Assembly (NCBI GenBank): GCA_963847445.1
Contig: CAWJZV010000023.1
Coordinates: 96,001 to 160,000 of the forward strand
DNA length: 64,000 nt
Source: an uncultured delta proteobacterium
Lineage (GTDB): Bacteria > Desulfobacterota > Binatia > UBA9968
Direction of reading: 5' to 3'
Shown: positions 1 to 10,376 of the stretch, one piece after another
Layout of the letters: each line of letters opens with the position of its first letter
How positions within the stretch are numbered: the stretch's first letter is position 1
Program-made: the position numbers and the translations under genes
Notes under the pieces: generated by a model
Databases searched by the model: none
Told to the model about the DNA's origin: nothing
Seen by the model: the letters and a program-made list of their open reading frames with translations, nothing else

Positions 1-437
1 CGAAAATCTGCGTGCGATTTTCCGGCAGACATTTTTCCGCCAGCAACGCTTCCTCCACCGGATTGAACGGTCCGCCGCCCGGAGCCGCCGCCGCCCGAGC
101 CGCCGGCGCCGACATTGGCGATGATGACCGCGAGCAGAATGAAAAACAGGCTGTCAAAAAACACGAAGATCGTATTGGAGACGATGGTCAGCAGCGCCAA
201 GAGCATGAGGATTTTGCGCCGGCCGTAGCGGTCCGACAGATAACCCCACAAGGCGGTCAGCACCGCGCCGCTCAGGTAGGCGACGGAGTAAACGATGCCG
301 ATGGTTACCGGCGTGTAGCCGATCCGGTCGAGATAGATGGCGAAGATGACGTTCAGGTATGAGAACGCGAAGGCGCGGATGGCGCGCGAGGCCATCAGGA
401 GCTTGGCGTCGCGGTGCAGGTTGCGGAGGATTCCCAT
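1..437 (-). CDS. MFS transporter, N-terminal part (runs off the window start); paralog of the adjacent MFS
   Basis: Manual translation from ATG 437: MGILRNLHRDAKLLMASRAIRAFAFSYL...GYLSDRYGRR...GAGGSGGGGSGGGP. Contains MFS motif A. Confidence 0.85.
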   Translation of the reverse strand, partial: MGILRNLHRDAKLLMASRAIRAFAFSYLNVIFAIYLDRIGYTPVTIGIVYSVAYLSGAVLTALWGYLSDRYGRRKILMLLALLTIVSNTIFVFFDSLFFILLAVIIANVGAGGSGGGGSGRRTVQSGGGSVAGGKMSAGKSHADF

Positions 438-440
438 AGA

Positions 441-1700
441 TTACGCTTTGGCCGTTTGCGCCTGAGCTCCTTGTTCTTCCGGCGGTTTGACGTCGCGGAA
501 CATGTAGTAGAAACACGCAGTCGTGGAAAAGTTGTAAAGCAGCCGCCGATCAGGATCGGCACATGAAGGGCGAAGGCCTGCATCATGTACGCGGATAGGG
601 TCGGACTGATGGTCACCGGCACATGGCGCGACAGCGTCGTCAAGCCGGCCGCGGCGCCGCGGTCTTCCGGCCGCACCACGCCCATGATGAAGGAGCTGCG
701 CAGCGGATTGTCCATGTAGGCCAGATAGGAACGGATGACCGTCAAGAGTGGCGGCGATGGCGAAGGTCGGCGCCAACGGCAGACAGAGCCAGATCAGCGA
801 AGCCAAGCCATGGGAAAATGCCATGGTGCGGACGATGCCGATCTGGCGGGCGATGATCGGCGCGGTGAGAAACGACATGGCGGCGAGAAAGTAGGACAGA
901 AAGAACATGAAACCCAAGGATTTTAGTTCGACGCCGTAGCGCAAGAAAAACCAATAGGCCAGCAGCGGGCTGATCAAACCGCCGCCGAGATTGTCGACCA
1001 TGCCGAGGAGCGACATTTTGAGCACGAACTTATTCGCCTTGGTGGCGAGGGTTTTCTTTTCGCGCTTGCGATAGACGTGATGTTCGTCAATTCGCGAATA
1101 GGCGAAGATGAGAACTATGCTGAATAAAATGGTCAGAGCGAAAAGCGGCTTGTAGGAATCTATCGCTGGCCAGCTCCATTGCTCTTGCAGATGCTGCGGC
1201 AGGCCGCTCAACAGGGCGCCGAGGGAGCCCGACATGGAGCCGACAAACGCGTTGGCGGCGAAAACTTTGTTGCGATTCTCCGCCGAACATTTTTCCGCGA
1301 GCAGGGCTTGCTCGACCGGGCTCATCGGCCCGCCGCCTTGGCCGCCGGCCCCCGAACCGCCGGCGCCGACGTTGGCGATGATGACGGCGGCGATAATAAA
1401 GAATAAATGGCTGGAAAACATATAGATGAGGTTCGAAACGATCGTCAGCGCGGCGAGCAGCATCAAGATGTTCTTGCGGCCGTAGCGATCCGACAGATAA
1501 CCCCACAGGGCGGTGAGCACCGCGCTGGCGGCGTAGGCGGTGGTGACGACGAAACCGACCGTCATGGTCGAGTAGCCGAGCTGACTCAGATAGATGGTGA
1601 AGATCACGCCCAAATAGGAGAACGCGAAGGCGCGCACGCCCCGCGAAATCATTAGAATAATCGCATCCCGCTGCGGGTCGCCGAAGAGATTTCGAATCAC
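441..1700 (-). CDS. MFS transporter (probable sequencing frameshifts near 740 and 530)
   Basis: GYLSDRYGRK motif A and hydrophobic helices. The C-terminus continues in ORF 395..745 (RSYLAYMDNPLRSSFIMGVVRPEDRG). Confidence 0.85.
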   Translation of the reverse strand: MIRNLFGDPQRDAIILMISRGVRAFAFSYLGVIFTIYLSQLGYSTMTVGFVVTTAYAASAVLTALWGYLSDRYGRKNILMLLAALTIVSNLIYMFSSHLFFIIAAVIIANVGAGGSGAGGQGGGPMSPVEQALLAEKCSAENRNKVFAANAFVGSMSGSLGALLSGLPQHLQEQWSWPAIDSYKPLFALTILFSIVLIFAYSRIDEHHVYRKREKKTLATKANKFVLKMSLLGMVDNLGGGLISPLLAYWFFLRYGVELKSLGFMFFLSYFLAAMSFLTAPIIARQIGIVRTMAFSHGLASLIWLCLPLAPTFAIAATLDGHPFLSGLHGQSAAQLLHHGRGAAGRPRRRGRLDDAVAPCAGDHQSDPIRVHDAGLRPSCADPDRRLLYNFSTTACFYYMFRDVKPPEEQGAQAQTAKA

Positions 1701-2660
1701 TTTGTCAGTGCCGCCTGATAAAATTTCCGTTCGTAGTCCAGTTCGGTGGCGATACCGAGGGCGTGGAGCGCGTCGTTGGCTTGGTCGAGGGACGAGCTCC
1801 GGCGCACGGCTTGAGCGGGTCGGGCGAGAGTATCATAGAGTGTGCCGGTGGCGATAAAAAAAGTCAGGGCGGTGAGCGGTGTCAACTTCACCTGCCGTTC
1901 GCCGCGGCGGATGTCATGGCGTCCCCAGGCGCCGCGAAAGCATTGCACGGGGATCGCGCTGGCTTCGGTCGGCACGGTCTTGATGACTGCTTCGAGCTCG
2001 GCGGCGATCTTCGGTGTCAGCGACCAGGCGCCGAGCAGAGCGCCGGCAGCGCCGAGCTTGCTCAAGGCCAGCTCGATTTCGTCAACCGTCAGTTCGCCGT
2101 CGCTGCCGTAGCCGAAGACGCCCCAGATGGTTCGATGACCGCGTTTTTCCAACTCAGCCAAGGCGGCGAGCATGATCGAATCAGCGAGCGGACTGCGCAG
2201 TCCCGGTTCCTCGCCTTGGGCCAAGGAATCGCCGCCGACGTCGAGGCCGACGAGCAGATCGGTGTCGAGGGCGTTCATGGCGACTTCCAATCCGTCGACT
2301 ACTCCATTGACGCCGCCGTTGATATCGACGAGCAAGACTTGGCGGTTGATGACATTGCGCCATCCTGGCTTCGGCGAAGGGCACGCCGGTGCTGGTTTGG
2401 CTATCCTCATTCGCCATCCAACTAAACTCGTGCAGCGCGCGGACATTTTTCGTTTCGCTTAGTTTGCGCGGGCCGGGGACGGGATCGTAAACGTTTCGTT
2501 CCCAGGACAAGCCGCCGAGGGTGAAGCGCAAACCGCAAAATTCAAGAAAGCGCGCGGTGGCCAGCGCGCCGGCGACATCGCCGCCGCCGCCGACACCGAT
2601 CACCAGAGCATGTTTCGAGTCGCGAATCAGATCTTCGAGCGAAGCAGCGGAGGAATTCAT
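1697..2660 (-). CDS. DUF1152 family protein (frameshift near 2370)
   Basis: Motifs VIGVGGGGDV, LDVGGDSLAQGEEPGLRSPLAD and GYGSDGEL are split over ORFs 2181..2732 and 1697..2446. Confidence 0.75.
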
Positions 2661-3210
2661 TTGGGGATATGAGTATCTTGGCCCGGCACCGGATTGGCGA
2701 TGGCTTCGTCCAACGACTTTACGCCGTGCCATTCGTTCGACGGCCGGACATGGCCGTCGCTGCCGACTTGATCGACACCCCAGTAGATTTCCAAGGAGTT
2801 GTTGTCCGGGTCGCGGAACTCGACGGCGATCTGACAGCCGGCGCGGCGCCGTCCTTCAAAGTCGATCTGGGCGCCGTATTGCTGCAGCCGGTCGCGGGCG
2901 CGCAGCACTTCGCCGAGGGTCGGGACTTCGAAGGCGAGGTGATGCAGTTCGCGATGGCGTTCTTGCCGTCGCCCTGGCCGACCAGGGCGAGGCAGTGATG
3001 ATCGCTGTTGCAGCGCAGAAACACCATGCCTCCAGCCATCATCTCTTCGGGATAAACGTCCGAGACCTTGAAGCCGAGAACGTGAGTGTAAAATTGGGTG
3101 GCGCGCTCGAGATCGGCGACTTGCAGCACCACATGGCCGACCTTGGCGATGTGGAACTCCATACCTCTGGGAGGCGCCATGCTTTTGAGTTTCGCTATGT
3201 CGATGGTCAT
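2657..3210 (-). CDS. VOC/glyoxalase (extradiol dioxygenase-like) family protein (frameshift near 2950)
   Basis: KVGHVVLQVADLERATQFYTHVLGF, FLRCNSDHHCLAL, FRDPDNNSLEIY. Confidence 0.8.
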
Positions 3211-3553
3211 GGATTCCATTTCCTCATTCTGAATGAAAATTGCTATAACATGTCCATACCGCTTCTGCACCTCCGGGTGAGGAACCGGCCCGGGCGGCGA
3301 TTGGCCGGCGCTTGGCGCGTGGCCGCATGGAGTGAGGAAACATAATTCTTACTGGAACGCTCAGGACGTTCCGCTCTTTGGGAAAATCGGTTCGGGGGGA
3401 TTTAACCTGCGTGCGCATAAGAAAATCCTCTCTTCCTGCCTTTTCCAAAGGGGGACCAAGCGGATCAATTTTTCTGGTGTTCAAGACATTTCTGGTCTAG
3501 GACACTAGCTGCGATAGATCGATCGACTATCGGTATAGTGAGAGCGTTGGTTT

Positions 3554-5332
3554 ATGCGGCGTGAAACTGACAAGCGAAAATCAGCCGATGTGGACGCCTT
3601 CACGGCGGAGGTGATCCGCAGTTCAGTGGTGGCGATCACCGATGAGATGAAGACCAATCTCATGCGCACCGCCTACAATATGATCATCTACGAGGCGGAG
3701 GATTTTACCGTCGGGCTGTTCGACGCCGACGGCAACACGATCTCCATCGGTCTCGGGCTGCCGATGTTCATTCGCGGCCTGTCGGATGCGATCAAGGCCA
3801 AGCTCGCGCATTGGGGCAAGGAAAATATTCATCCAGGCGATATTTTGCTGACCAACGATCCCCAGGTGATGGGCAGCCACTTGAACCACATGATCTTCTC
3901 GCTGCCGATCTTTCACGACGGCGCGCTGATCGCTTTCTCTTCGTCCATGGGCCATTGGCAGGACGTCGGCGGCGTGCTCGGCGCGGTGACCCGGGATATT
4001 TTTTCCGAGGGGTTGCAGATGCCCTTCGTGAAAATCTTCAAAGCCGGCAAGCAAGATATGGAGCTGACGGAGATCATTCGCAGCAATTGCCGCCTGCCGC
4101 ACTTCGCCATGGGCGACTTTCGCGCCCAGATCGCCGCGATCCGCACCGGCGAGCGGCGGTTGACCCGGCTGATCGAGCGCTACGGCGCTGCGACGTTTAA
4201 GCAGAGCATCGAGCTGATCTTCGATCAAAGCGAAAAACTCGCGCGCGCCGCGGTGGAGAAAATTCCCGACGGCGTCTATGTCGCTGAATCGTTCATGGAC
4301 GACGACGGCGTCAACATCGGCAAGCCTATCCCGATTAAAATTCGCCTCGAAGTAAAAGCCGACGAGATGACCGTCGACCTGAGCGGTGTCAGCCCGCAGG
4401 TGGCTGGGCCGTACAATTCCGGCGCCACCGCGGGGCGTTCCGCTTCGGAAGTGGCTTTCAAATTCCTCACCACGCCGTTGCTGCTGCCGATCAATGAAGG
4501 TTCGTTTCGGCCATTGAAAATCAATTTGCCGCCGGGCCGGGTGGTCAGCGCGACCAAACCGGCGCCGGTGCGCACCTGGATGACCGTGCCGATGACCGTT
4601 GCTGACACGATCTTCAAAGCCTTGGCGCAAGCCTGTCCCGATAACGTCCTAGCCGGTCATCACGCCGACCTAGCCGCGCCGCGCACCTTCGGTCTCGATC
4701 CCAAGAGCGGCCGTTCGTTTCATTTCCCGCCGATGCTGTCAGGCGGCGGTTGGGGCGCGCTGTCCGACACCGACGGCCAGAACGCGACCTTCTGTATCAA
4801 CGACGGCGACACCCATAACACACCGGTGGAAGCGGGCGAGGGGCGCGCGCCGATCTTTGTTTCCTACCGCAAGCTGCGCCAGGACTCGGGCGGGCCGGGA
4901 AAGTTTCGCGGCGGTCTCGGTGTGTCGCAGGAAGTGCGTTTGCTCTCGGCGGGCAGCGTCTTGTCGGCGATGGAGCGGGCGCTCTGTCCGCCCTGGGGAC
5001 TGTATGGCGGCCAGGACGCGCTGGCCAATCGCTTTACCGTCGTTCGCAAAGACGGCGCAGTCGAGCCCATGAAGACCGGCAAGACTCCCGGCATCATTGC
5101 TTTGCAGGAGGGCGACGGTTTTTTGATCGAAGTCGGCGGCGGCGGCGGCTTTTGGAACGCAATGGAACGCAATCCCGCGCGCGTGCTCGCCGACGTGCGC
5201 TCAGGCTATGTATCCGTCGCAGCGGCGCGCGCTGACTATGGCGTGGCGATACGGCAATCGGGTCGTAAATTCGAGTTGGATGTGGCGGCCACAGCGGAGT
5301 TGCGGAGTGGCCGGCGAGGGGAGAAGAGTTAG
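3554..5332 (+). CDS. Hydantoinase B / 5-oxoprolinase family protein
   Basis: PGDILLTNDP..GSHLNH, GHWQDVGG, DSGGPGKFRGGLG, GGGGGF; 592 aa. Confidence 0.9.
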   Translation: MRRETDKRKSADVDAFTAEVIRSSVVAITDEMKTNLMRTAYNMIIYEAEDFTVGLFDADGNTISIGLGLPMFIRGLSDAIKAKLAHWGKENIHPGDILLTNDPQVMGSHLNHMIFSLPIFHDGALIAFSSSMGHWQDVGGVLGAVTRDIFSEGLQMPFVKIFKAGKQDMELTEIIRSNCRLPHFAMGDFRAQIAAIRTGERRLTRLIERYGAATFKQSIELIFDQSEKLARAAVEKIPDGVYVAESFMDDDGVNIGKPIPIKIRLEVKADEMTVDLSGVSPQVAGPYNSGATAGRSASEVAFKFLTTPLLLPINEGSFRPLKINLPPGRVVSATKPAPVRTWMTVPMTVADTIFKALAQACPDNVLAGHHADLAAPRTFGLDPKSGRSFHFPPMLSGGGWGALSDTDGQNATFCINDGDTHNTPVEAGEGRAPIFVSYRKLRQDSGGPGKFRGGLGVSQEVRLLSAGSVLSAMERALCPPWGLYGGQDALANRFTVVRKDGAVEPMKTGKTPGIIALQEGDGFLIEVGGGGGFWNAMERNPARVLADVRSGYVSVAAARADYGVAIRQSGRKFELDVAATAELRSGRRGEKS

Positions 5333-5381
5333 CCGCAAAGAACGCAAAGTAATTCATGTACCAATCGGTACAACACAGCAA

Positions 5382-5860
5382 ATGAAAATGAGCTGCGCCA
5401 CGTTCAAAGCAACGACGGAAAATCCCCCAGTGGCCCCCTTTGCCAAAGGGGGCGGGCCGAAGGACCGGGGGATTTTTGCCTCTAGTCGGCATTTTCATAA
5501 GAGGGCGCAAAAAAGAAATCGGAGTATCTCCCGCAAAGGCGCTAAGGCGCAAAGTTCGGATCGGATTTGTAGGGGCGTATTGAATACGCCCTTGCACGCT
5601 GCGGTGGAGCGCAATCATGAGACGGATACTGCCACTGGTATTTATTTGGTCAATCATGTTTTCGCGCGCGAGCTCGGCCATAAGGAATAAGAAAGGAAAT
5701 AAATTCGAATATCGAAATCCGAAAGCGGCCCCGCGGACCGAAACAAATTCGAATGATCGGAAAGCACAAAATTCCAAACTGGCTCGTTTCGGATGTTATG
5801 TGTTTTGGGTTTTCGGCGTTTTGAATTGGTTTCGGATTTCGATATTGGGATTTTCATTAG
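5382..5860. repeat. Composite intergenic repeat mosaic (ATGAAAAT/ATTTTCAT-bounded CCCCC/GGGGG hairpin, CGCAAAGGCGC unit, GTAG-type REP, TTCGAA/AAATC tandem hairpin)
   Basis: atgaaaat at about 5382 and attttcat at about 5490 flank ccccctttgccaaaggggg. GTAGGGGCGTATTGAATACGCCC lies at 5569-5591. Confidence 0.7.
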
Positions 5861-5869
5861 GAGCGAGAG

Positions 5870-6715
5870 ATGGTTATGCAGCAGCTCACAAGTAACGTAC
5901 ACATCGAAACCCAGCAGAAGGGCGCCAATCACGGGCTGGTGGCCACTTCGGATGGGCTGGTTCTCATCGACACGCCGCATAAGCCGAGCGATGCGGTGCG
6001 CTTGAGGTCGGAGATCGAGCGGCGCGGCAAGCTGCGTTACATCATCAACACCGAGCCCCATGGCGACCACTGGACCGGTAACGCATTTTTCGATGTTCCG
6101 GTAGTTGCCCACGAAGGGGTGAGGAAGCGCATGCTGGCGGCGAACATGACCGAGCACTTAGCGCGGGTCGCGTCGTTTGGGCCGGAGGAGCCGAAGTTGT
6201 TGGAGAACTACCGGGCCAACGCGCCGGTGATTACCTTTGAGAGCGAGATGAAGCTGCATGTCGGCAATCACACCTTTCGCATGATCCACATGCCCGGCCA
6301 TACGCCCTATCAGGCCGCGGTGATTGTCGAAGAGGAAGGCGTGGTTTTCACCAGCGACAATATTTTCTGCAAAGTGCAGACATGGATTCAAGAAGGCCAA
6401 CCGGATGACTGGCTCAAGTCGCTCGAAGCTTTGCGCGCGCTGCGTGAAGACACCTTCGTTCCCGGACACGGGCCGGTGTGCGATAAAAACTATCTCAAGG
6501 AGCAAGCGGCGTTCATTGAAGAATGGGTGGAATATGTCCGCGGCGCGGTGGGGCGCGGCATGACGAAACAAGAATGCATCGCCAATTTGACCGCATTTGC
6601 GGACCGTTATCCGATGGACGTCGAGCAAGACGGCATGGCGCCGCGGGTGATGCAGTTGAACGTCGCCAATCTCTACGACTACGTGACAGGGACGGGAATC
6701 CACGCTCGTGGGTGA
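5870..6715 (+). CDS. MBL-fold metallo-hydrolase (cyclase-like)
   Basis: INTEPHGDHWTGN, PGHTP, FTSD, VPGHG motifs. Confidence 0.88.
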   Translation: MVMQQLTSNVHIETQQKGANHGLVATSDGLVLIDTPHKPSDAVRLRSEIERRGKLRYIINTEPHGDHWTGNAFFDVPVVAHEGVRKRMLAANMTEHLARVASFGPEEPKLLENYRANAPVITFESEMKLHVGNHTFRMIHMPGHTPYQAAVIVEEEGVVFTSDNIFCKVQTWIQEGQPDDWLKSLEALRALREDTFVPGHGPVCDKNYLKEQAAFIEEWVEYVRGAVGRGMTKQECIANLTAFADRYPMDVEQDGMAPRVMQLNVANLYDYVTGTGIHARG

Positions 6716-6765
6716 GAGAGATCAGAGGCCAGCGGTCAGAAGTCAGCTTAGAATCGAGGAGAGCC

Positions 6766-7761
6766 GTGAATTTTAAATGTCTGGTCTCGGTGTTGGCGAG
6801 TTTGGTTATATCGATAGCATCGTTCGCCGCTGCGCAGCAGCCGAAGAAGGTCACTCTTGTAGGGTATGTGTCGTCGGGCGATGCAGCTGGTGATACCAAC
6901 CGAGTCGAGGTCATTCGAATGGCTCTGCGCGAGCGCGGCCACATAGAAGGCCAGAACATCGCCTTCGAGTACCGATACGGGGATGGGAAGGTCGAGCGGG
7001 GTGCCGAGCTTGTTGCCGACCTGATGCGTCTTAAGGTCGATATCATCGTTGTCGCAGGAGGGACCATTACGATCCAGGCGGCCAAGAATGCGACCAAGAC
7101 GATTCCCATCGTTATGTTGGCGCGCGGTTCCGATCCTGTGGAGGCGGGCCTGGTTGCAAGCCTTGCCCGCCCTGGCGGCAACGTCACCGGCCTCACTCTC
7201 CTTTCCCGAGAACTAGGCGGGAAGCGGCTGGAGCTGCTCAAAGAAGCCGTTCCCAAAATTTCCCGGGTCGCGGTTTTTTACGACCCGGCCTTCCGGCCCA
7301 GTGTCATCGACGTGAAAGACGTTCTCCCGGTGGCGGCGCGCGCGCTGGGGTTGAGTCTTCAGCCTTGGGAGATCCGCAGTGCGGACGATTTCGACCGGGT
7401 GTTTGCTGCGATGGGCAAGCAGCGCCCGGACGGACTCTATGTACCCGCCGCGGGGTCGCTCATACGTTCTAACCAGAAACGGATCGCGGGCCTTGCGCTA
7501 AAGAGCCGATTGCCATCAGTGTACGACGACAGAGAAGCTGTAGATGCCGGCGGGCTCATGTACTACGGTGCGGACCAGGCGGAGAGTTACCGGCGCGTCG
7601 CGTATTACGTGGACAGAATCTTGAAGGGAACCAAGCCCGCCGATTTGCCTGTGGAGCAGCCGATGAAGTTTGAGTTGGTGATCAACCTCAAGACCGCCAA
7701 GCAGATCGGCCTAACGATACCGCCCGAGGTGTTGGCACGGGCGAGCAAAATCATTCGGTGA
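6766..7761 (+). CDS. ABC transporter substrate-binding protein (ABC_sub_bind type)
   Basis: GTG after GAGGAG and a signal peptide; DPVEAGLVASLARPGGNVTG and KPADLPVEQPMKFELVINLKTA motifs. Confidence 0.9.
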   Translation: MNFKCLVSVLASLVISIASFAAAQQPKKVTLVGYVSSGDAAGDTNRVEVIRMALRERGHIEGQNIAFEYRYGDGKVERGAELVADLMRLKVDIIVVAGGTITIQAAKNATKTIPIVMLARGSDPVEAGLVASLARPGGNVTGLTLLSRELGGKRLELLKEAVPKISRVAVFYDPAFRPSVIDVKDVLPVAARALGLSLQPWEIRSADDFDRVFAAMGKQRPDGLYVPAAGSLIRSNQKRIAGLALKSRLPSVYDDREAVDAGGLMYYGADQAESYRRVAYYVDRILKGTKPADLPVEQPMKFELVINLKTAKQIGLTIPPEVLARASKIIR

Positions 7762-7870
7762 AGAGGGTGGGCGTAACAGGCGGCGACGAGAGAGGGATGT
7801 GACGCCAATAAAAATAGGTTACAAACGCGCATTCCTAATATATGAATTACCCGATCGTGAGGTGCATCCC

Positions 7871-8863
7871 ATGAATATTTCCACAGGATGGCAAGTATTG
7901 CTGAAAAGCTTCGCTGTGATTATTCTTGGCGCGCGGTTTTTTACCGGGCCCGCGTCCGCCGCTGAGTCGAACCGATTCCTCGTCAGCTACGGCGGCACCG
8001 CCGGCTATCAATTGCCGTTGTGGGTCAATCGGGAGTTGGGGTTCAGCAAGAAGCATGGCGTCGATCTGGAGACGATTTTGATCCAAGCCGGCTCGCCCAA
8101 CATCCAGGCGCTGGTCGGCGGCAGCTTGCAACTGACGCAGACGGCGGCTTCTTCGGCGGTGATCGGCGCGAACCAGGGGGCGCCGGTGGTGATCGTCGCG
8201 ACTTTGGAAAATAAGTTGCCGATGCTGTTGGTCTCGCGCCCCGAGATCAAGGAACCGCAGCAGCTGCGCGGCAAAGTGATCGGCATCAATCGCTTCGGCG
8301 GCTCCAACGACGCGGCGGTGCTGATGGCGATCAAAGCGTGGAAAATGGATCCCAAGGATATTTCCATGTTGCAGACCGGCGGCACCTCGGCGCGCATGGC
8401 GGCGCTGCTCACCAAGAAGGTCGATGCGACGGTGCAGTCCTATCCCGAGATCTATCAGGCGCGTAAGCTCGGCATGAACGTGCTCGCCGACATCGGCGAC
8501 TTCGGTTTTTTCACCAACACTTCGAATATCGTCACGCGCGCCGAGTTGCAGCAAAACCGTGGGGCGATCAAGGGCTTCCTCAAGGGGCAGATCGAGGGCA
8601 TGCACTACGTCAAGACCAACAAAGAGGGCAGTCTGAGAATTCTCCGTAAATACTTGCAGATCACCGACGCCGAGGCGGTGGAGGGAACCTACAAATTTTT
8701 CGCCGACCGCCTGGCGCGCTCGCCGCGCACGGAACTGGAAGGGATCAAGAATATTCTCCTCTCGATCAACGCCGGGCAAAGAAACCCAACCGAGTTCGTC
8801 GACATGAGCTTGCTCGACGAAATTGAAAAGGAAGGGTTCGTGCAGAAGCTGTACGGGCAGTGA
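7871..8863 (+). CDS. NMT1/THI5/SsuA-like ABC substrate-binding protein
   Basis: Signal peptide; LRGKVIGINRFGG; C-terminal FVDMSLLDEIEKEGFVQKLY. Confidence 0.85.
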   Translation: MNISTGWQVLLKSFAVIILGARFFTGPASAAESNRFLVSYGGTAGYQLPLWVNRELGFSKKHGVDLETILIQAGSPNIQALVGGSLQLTQTAASSAVIGANQGAPVVIVATLENKLPMLLVSRPEIKEPQQLRGKVIGINRFGGSNDAAVLMAIKAWKMDPKDISMLQTGGTSARMAALLTKKVDATVQSYPEIYQARKLGMNVLADIGDFGFFTNTSNIVTRAELQQNRGAIKGFLKGQIEGMHYVKTNKEGSLRILRKYLQITDAEAVEGTYKFFADRLARSPRTELEGIKNILLSINAGQRNPTEFVDMSLLDEIEKEGFVQKLYGQ

Positions 8864-8890
8864 AGATCGGCGGGAATGGGCGAATTTGTT

Positions 8891-8950
8891 GTAGGGGCGG
8901 ACCTACTGTGTCCGCCCGGTCGGACGGGCGACCACCAGGGTCGCCCCTAC
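8891..8950. repeat. GTAG-family REP doublet (REPIN-like)
   Basis: GTAGGGGCGGACC...CCGCCC, spacer, GGGCGACC...CGCCCCTAC, in inverted arrangement. Confidence 0.75.
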
Positions 8951-8984
8951 GGTTGCATTCGAAACCGGGAGGAATGGGGTAATC

Positions 8985-9974
8985 ATGTCAGCGAAACTCA
9001 AACTTTCGGTCGCCTGCGGCGATTACGAGATCATCCGCGCGCTCAAAGACGGCACGGTGCAGGCGGACGGCCTTGAGCTGGTGGTCTTGACCAGCCATGG
9101 TCCGCGGGAGCGCCACTGGCGCATGGCGCGCAATCTCGAATACGATGTCTGCGAGTTCAACGTCGGCGCTTATTTCATGGCGCGCGAGCATGGCGTGGCG
9201 GTGACCAGCATCCCGGTGTTTCTGCACCGGCGATTTCGCCATGGGTTTGCTTTTGTCAACGTCAACGCCGGTATCAAGTCGCCCAAGGACTTGATCGGCA
9301 AAAGAGTCGGTGGCACCAACTTTCAACCGGCCGGCAATATCTGGCTGCGCGGCATCCTCGAAGAGCAGTACGGCGTGCCGCATCAGTCGATCACCTGGGT
9401 GGTCGATCGCAGCGAGGACGTCGAGTTCACGCCGCCGCCGGGGTTGAAGATCGAGATGATCCCGGCGGGAAAACATATGGACACGATGCTCGCCGAGGGC
9501 GAGATCCCGGCGATGATCAATCCCTATATTCCCCGGCCCATCGTCAATGGCGACCCGCGGGTATCCTATTTGTTTCCCAACTACAAAGACGTCGAGCGCG
9601 AGTACTTTCAGCAAACCGGGATCTTCCCGATCATGCATGTGACCGTGATCAAGCAGGAGATCGTCGACAAATATCCCTGGGCGGCGGTCAGTTTGGCGAA
9701 GGCTTTCGAGAAGGCGAAACAGCTTTGCTATCAGCGCGTCGTCAACCCGCGCATCGTGCCGTTGGCCTGGTTCGCTCATCAATGGCAGGAAGAACGCAAA
9801 GTCCTGGGCGCCGATCCCTGGGTTTATGGCTTGGGCGAAGCGAATCGTAAAAATCTCCAAACGATAATTCGTTATTGTCACAACCAGGGGCTGATCAAGC
9901 GAGAGATGACCGTCGACGAATTGTTCTTCGACACCGATCCCGGCGACGCCGGCGGCGATGAAGGGCATTATTGA
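8985..9974 (+). CDS. 4,5-dihydroxyphthalate decarboxylase (Pht5)-like, SBP-fold protein
   Basis: LSVACGDY, IPVFLHRRFRH, TGIFPIMH, LGADPWVYGL; no signal peptide. Confidence 0.75.
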   Translation: MSAKLKLSVACGDYEIIRALKDGTVQADGLELVVLTSHGPRERHWRMARNLEYDVCEFNVGAYFMAREHGVAVTSIPVFLHRRFRHGFAFVNVNAGIKSPKDLIGKRVGGTNFQPAGNIWLRGILEEQYGVPHQSITWVVDRSEDVEFTPPPGLKIEMIPAGKHMDTMLAEGEIPAMINPYIPRPIVNGDPRVSYLFPNYKDVEREYFQQTGIFPIMHVTVIKQEIVDKYPWAAVSLAKAFEKAKQLCYQRVVNPRIVPLAWFAHQWQEERKVLGADPWVYGLGEANRKNLQTIIRYCHNQGLIKREMTVDELFFDTDPGDAGGDEGHY

Positions 9975-9984
9975 GGAGAGTCTT

Positions 9985-10325
9985 CACCACGAAGGCCTAG
10001 CGCTGCGAAGCCGCAACCGAAAAGAAGAATGGCCGCAAAGAACGCAAAAAGCGCAAAAAGAATCGGCAGTCGTAGGGGCGGGTTTGTAACCCGCCCTCTT
10101 GGCTTTGGCGCATCGAGAGATTTGCGCAAGCCGCGCAAATTATCACGGATAGTAGTACGAAGGACACGAAGGTTTCGTAGGGTGCGCTGCACGCACCAGT
10201 CAGTCTCGGATTTTCTCTCGCAAAGGCGCAAAGACGCTAAGGTCGGAAAGTCATGGCGAAGAATTTCTCCAAGATAATTAATCTCTCCCCTCCGAACTTT
10301 GCGAGCTTAGCGCCTTTGCGAGAGG
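9985..10325. repeat. Composite repeat, copy 1 (about 120 bp shared with 18778-18896), plus REPs and an inverted CGCAAAGGCGCAAAG pair
   Basis: gcctagcgc..gaaaagaagaatggccgcaaagaacgcaaa..gtaggggcggg..acccgcc..cttggcttt occurs at both loci. Confidence 0.8.
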
Positions 10326-10376
10326 ACTCCGAGTTCTGACCGAAGAGACGCCAACGCTAGCGGATAGGAGAAAAGT

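Noticed and set aside
3511-3540. Palindrome cgatagatcgatcgactatcg upstream of hydantoinase B as a regulator site
   Set aside because: It is a single imperfect copy with no regulator nearby, so support is insufficient.
5094-5895. ORFs 5094..5777, 5208..5690 and 5617..5895
   Set aside because: They are mostly translations of intergenic palindromic repeats.
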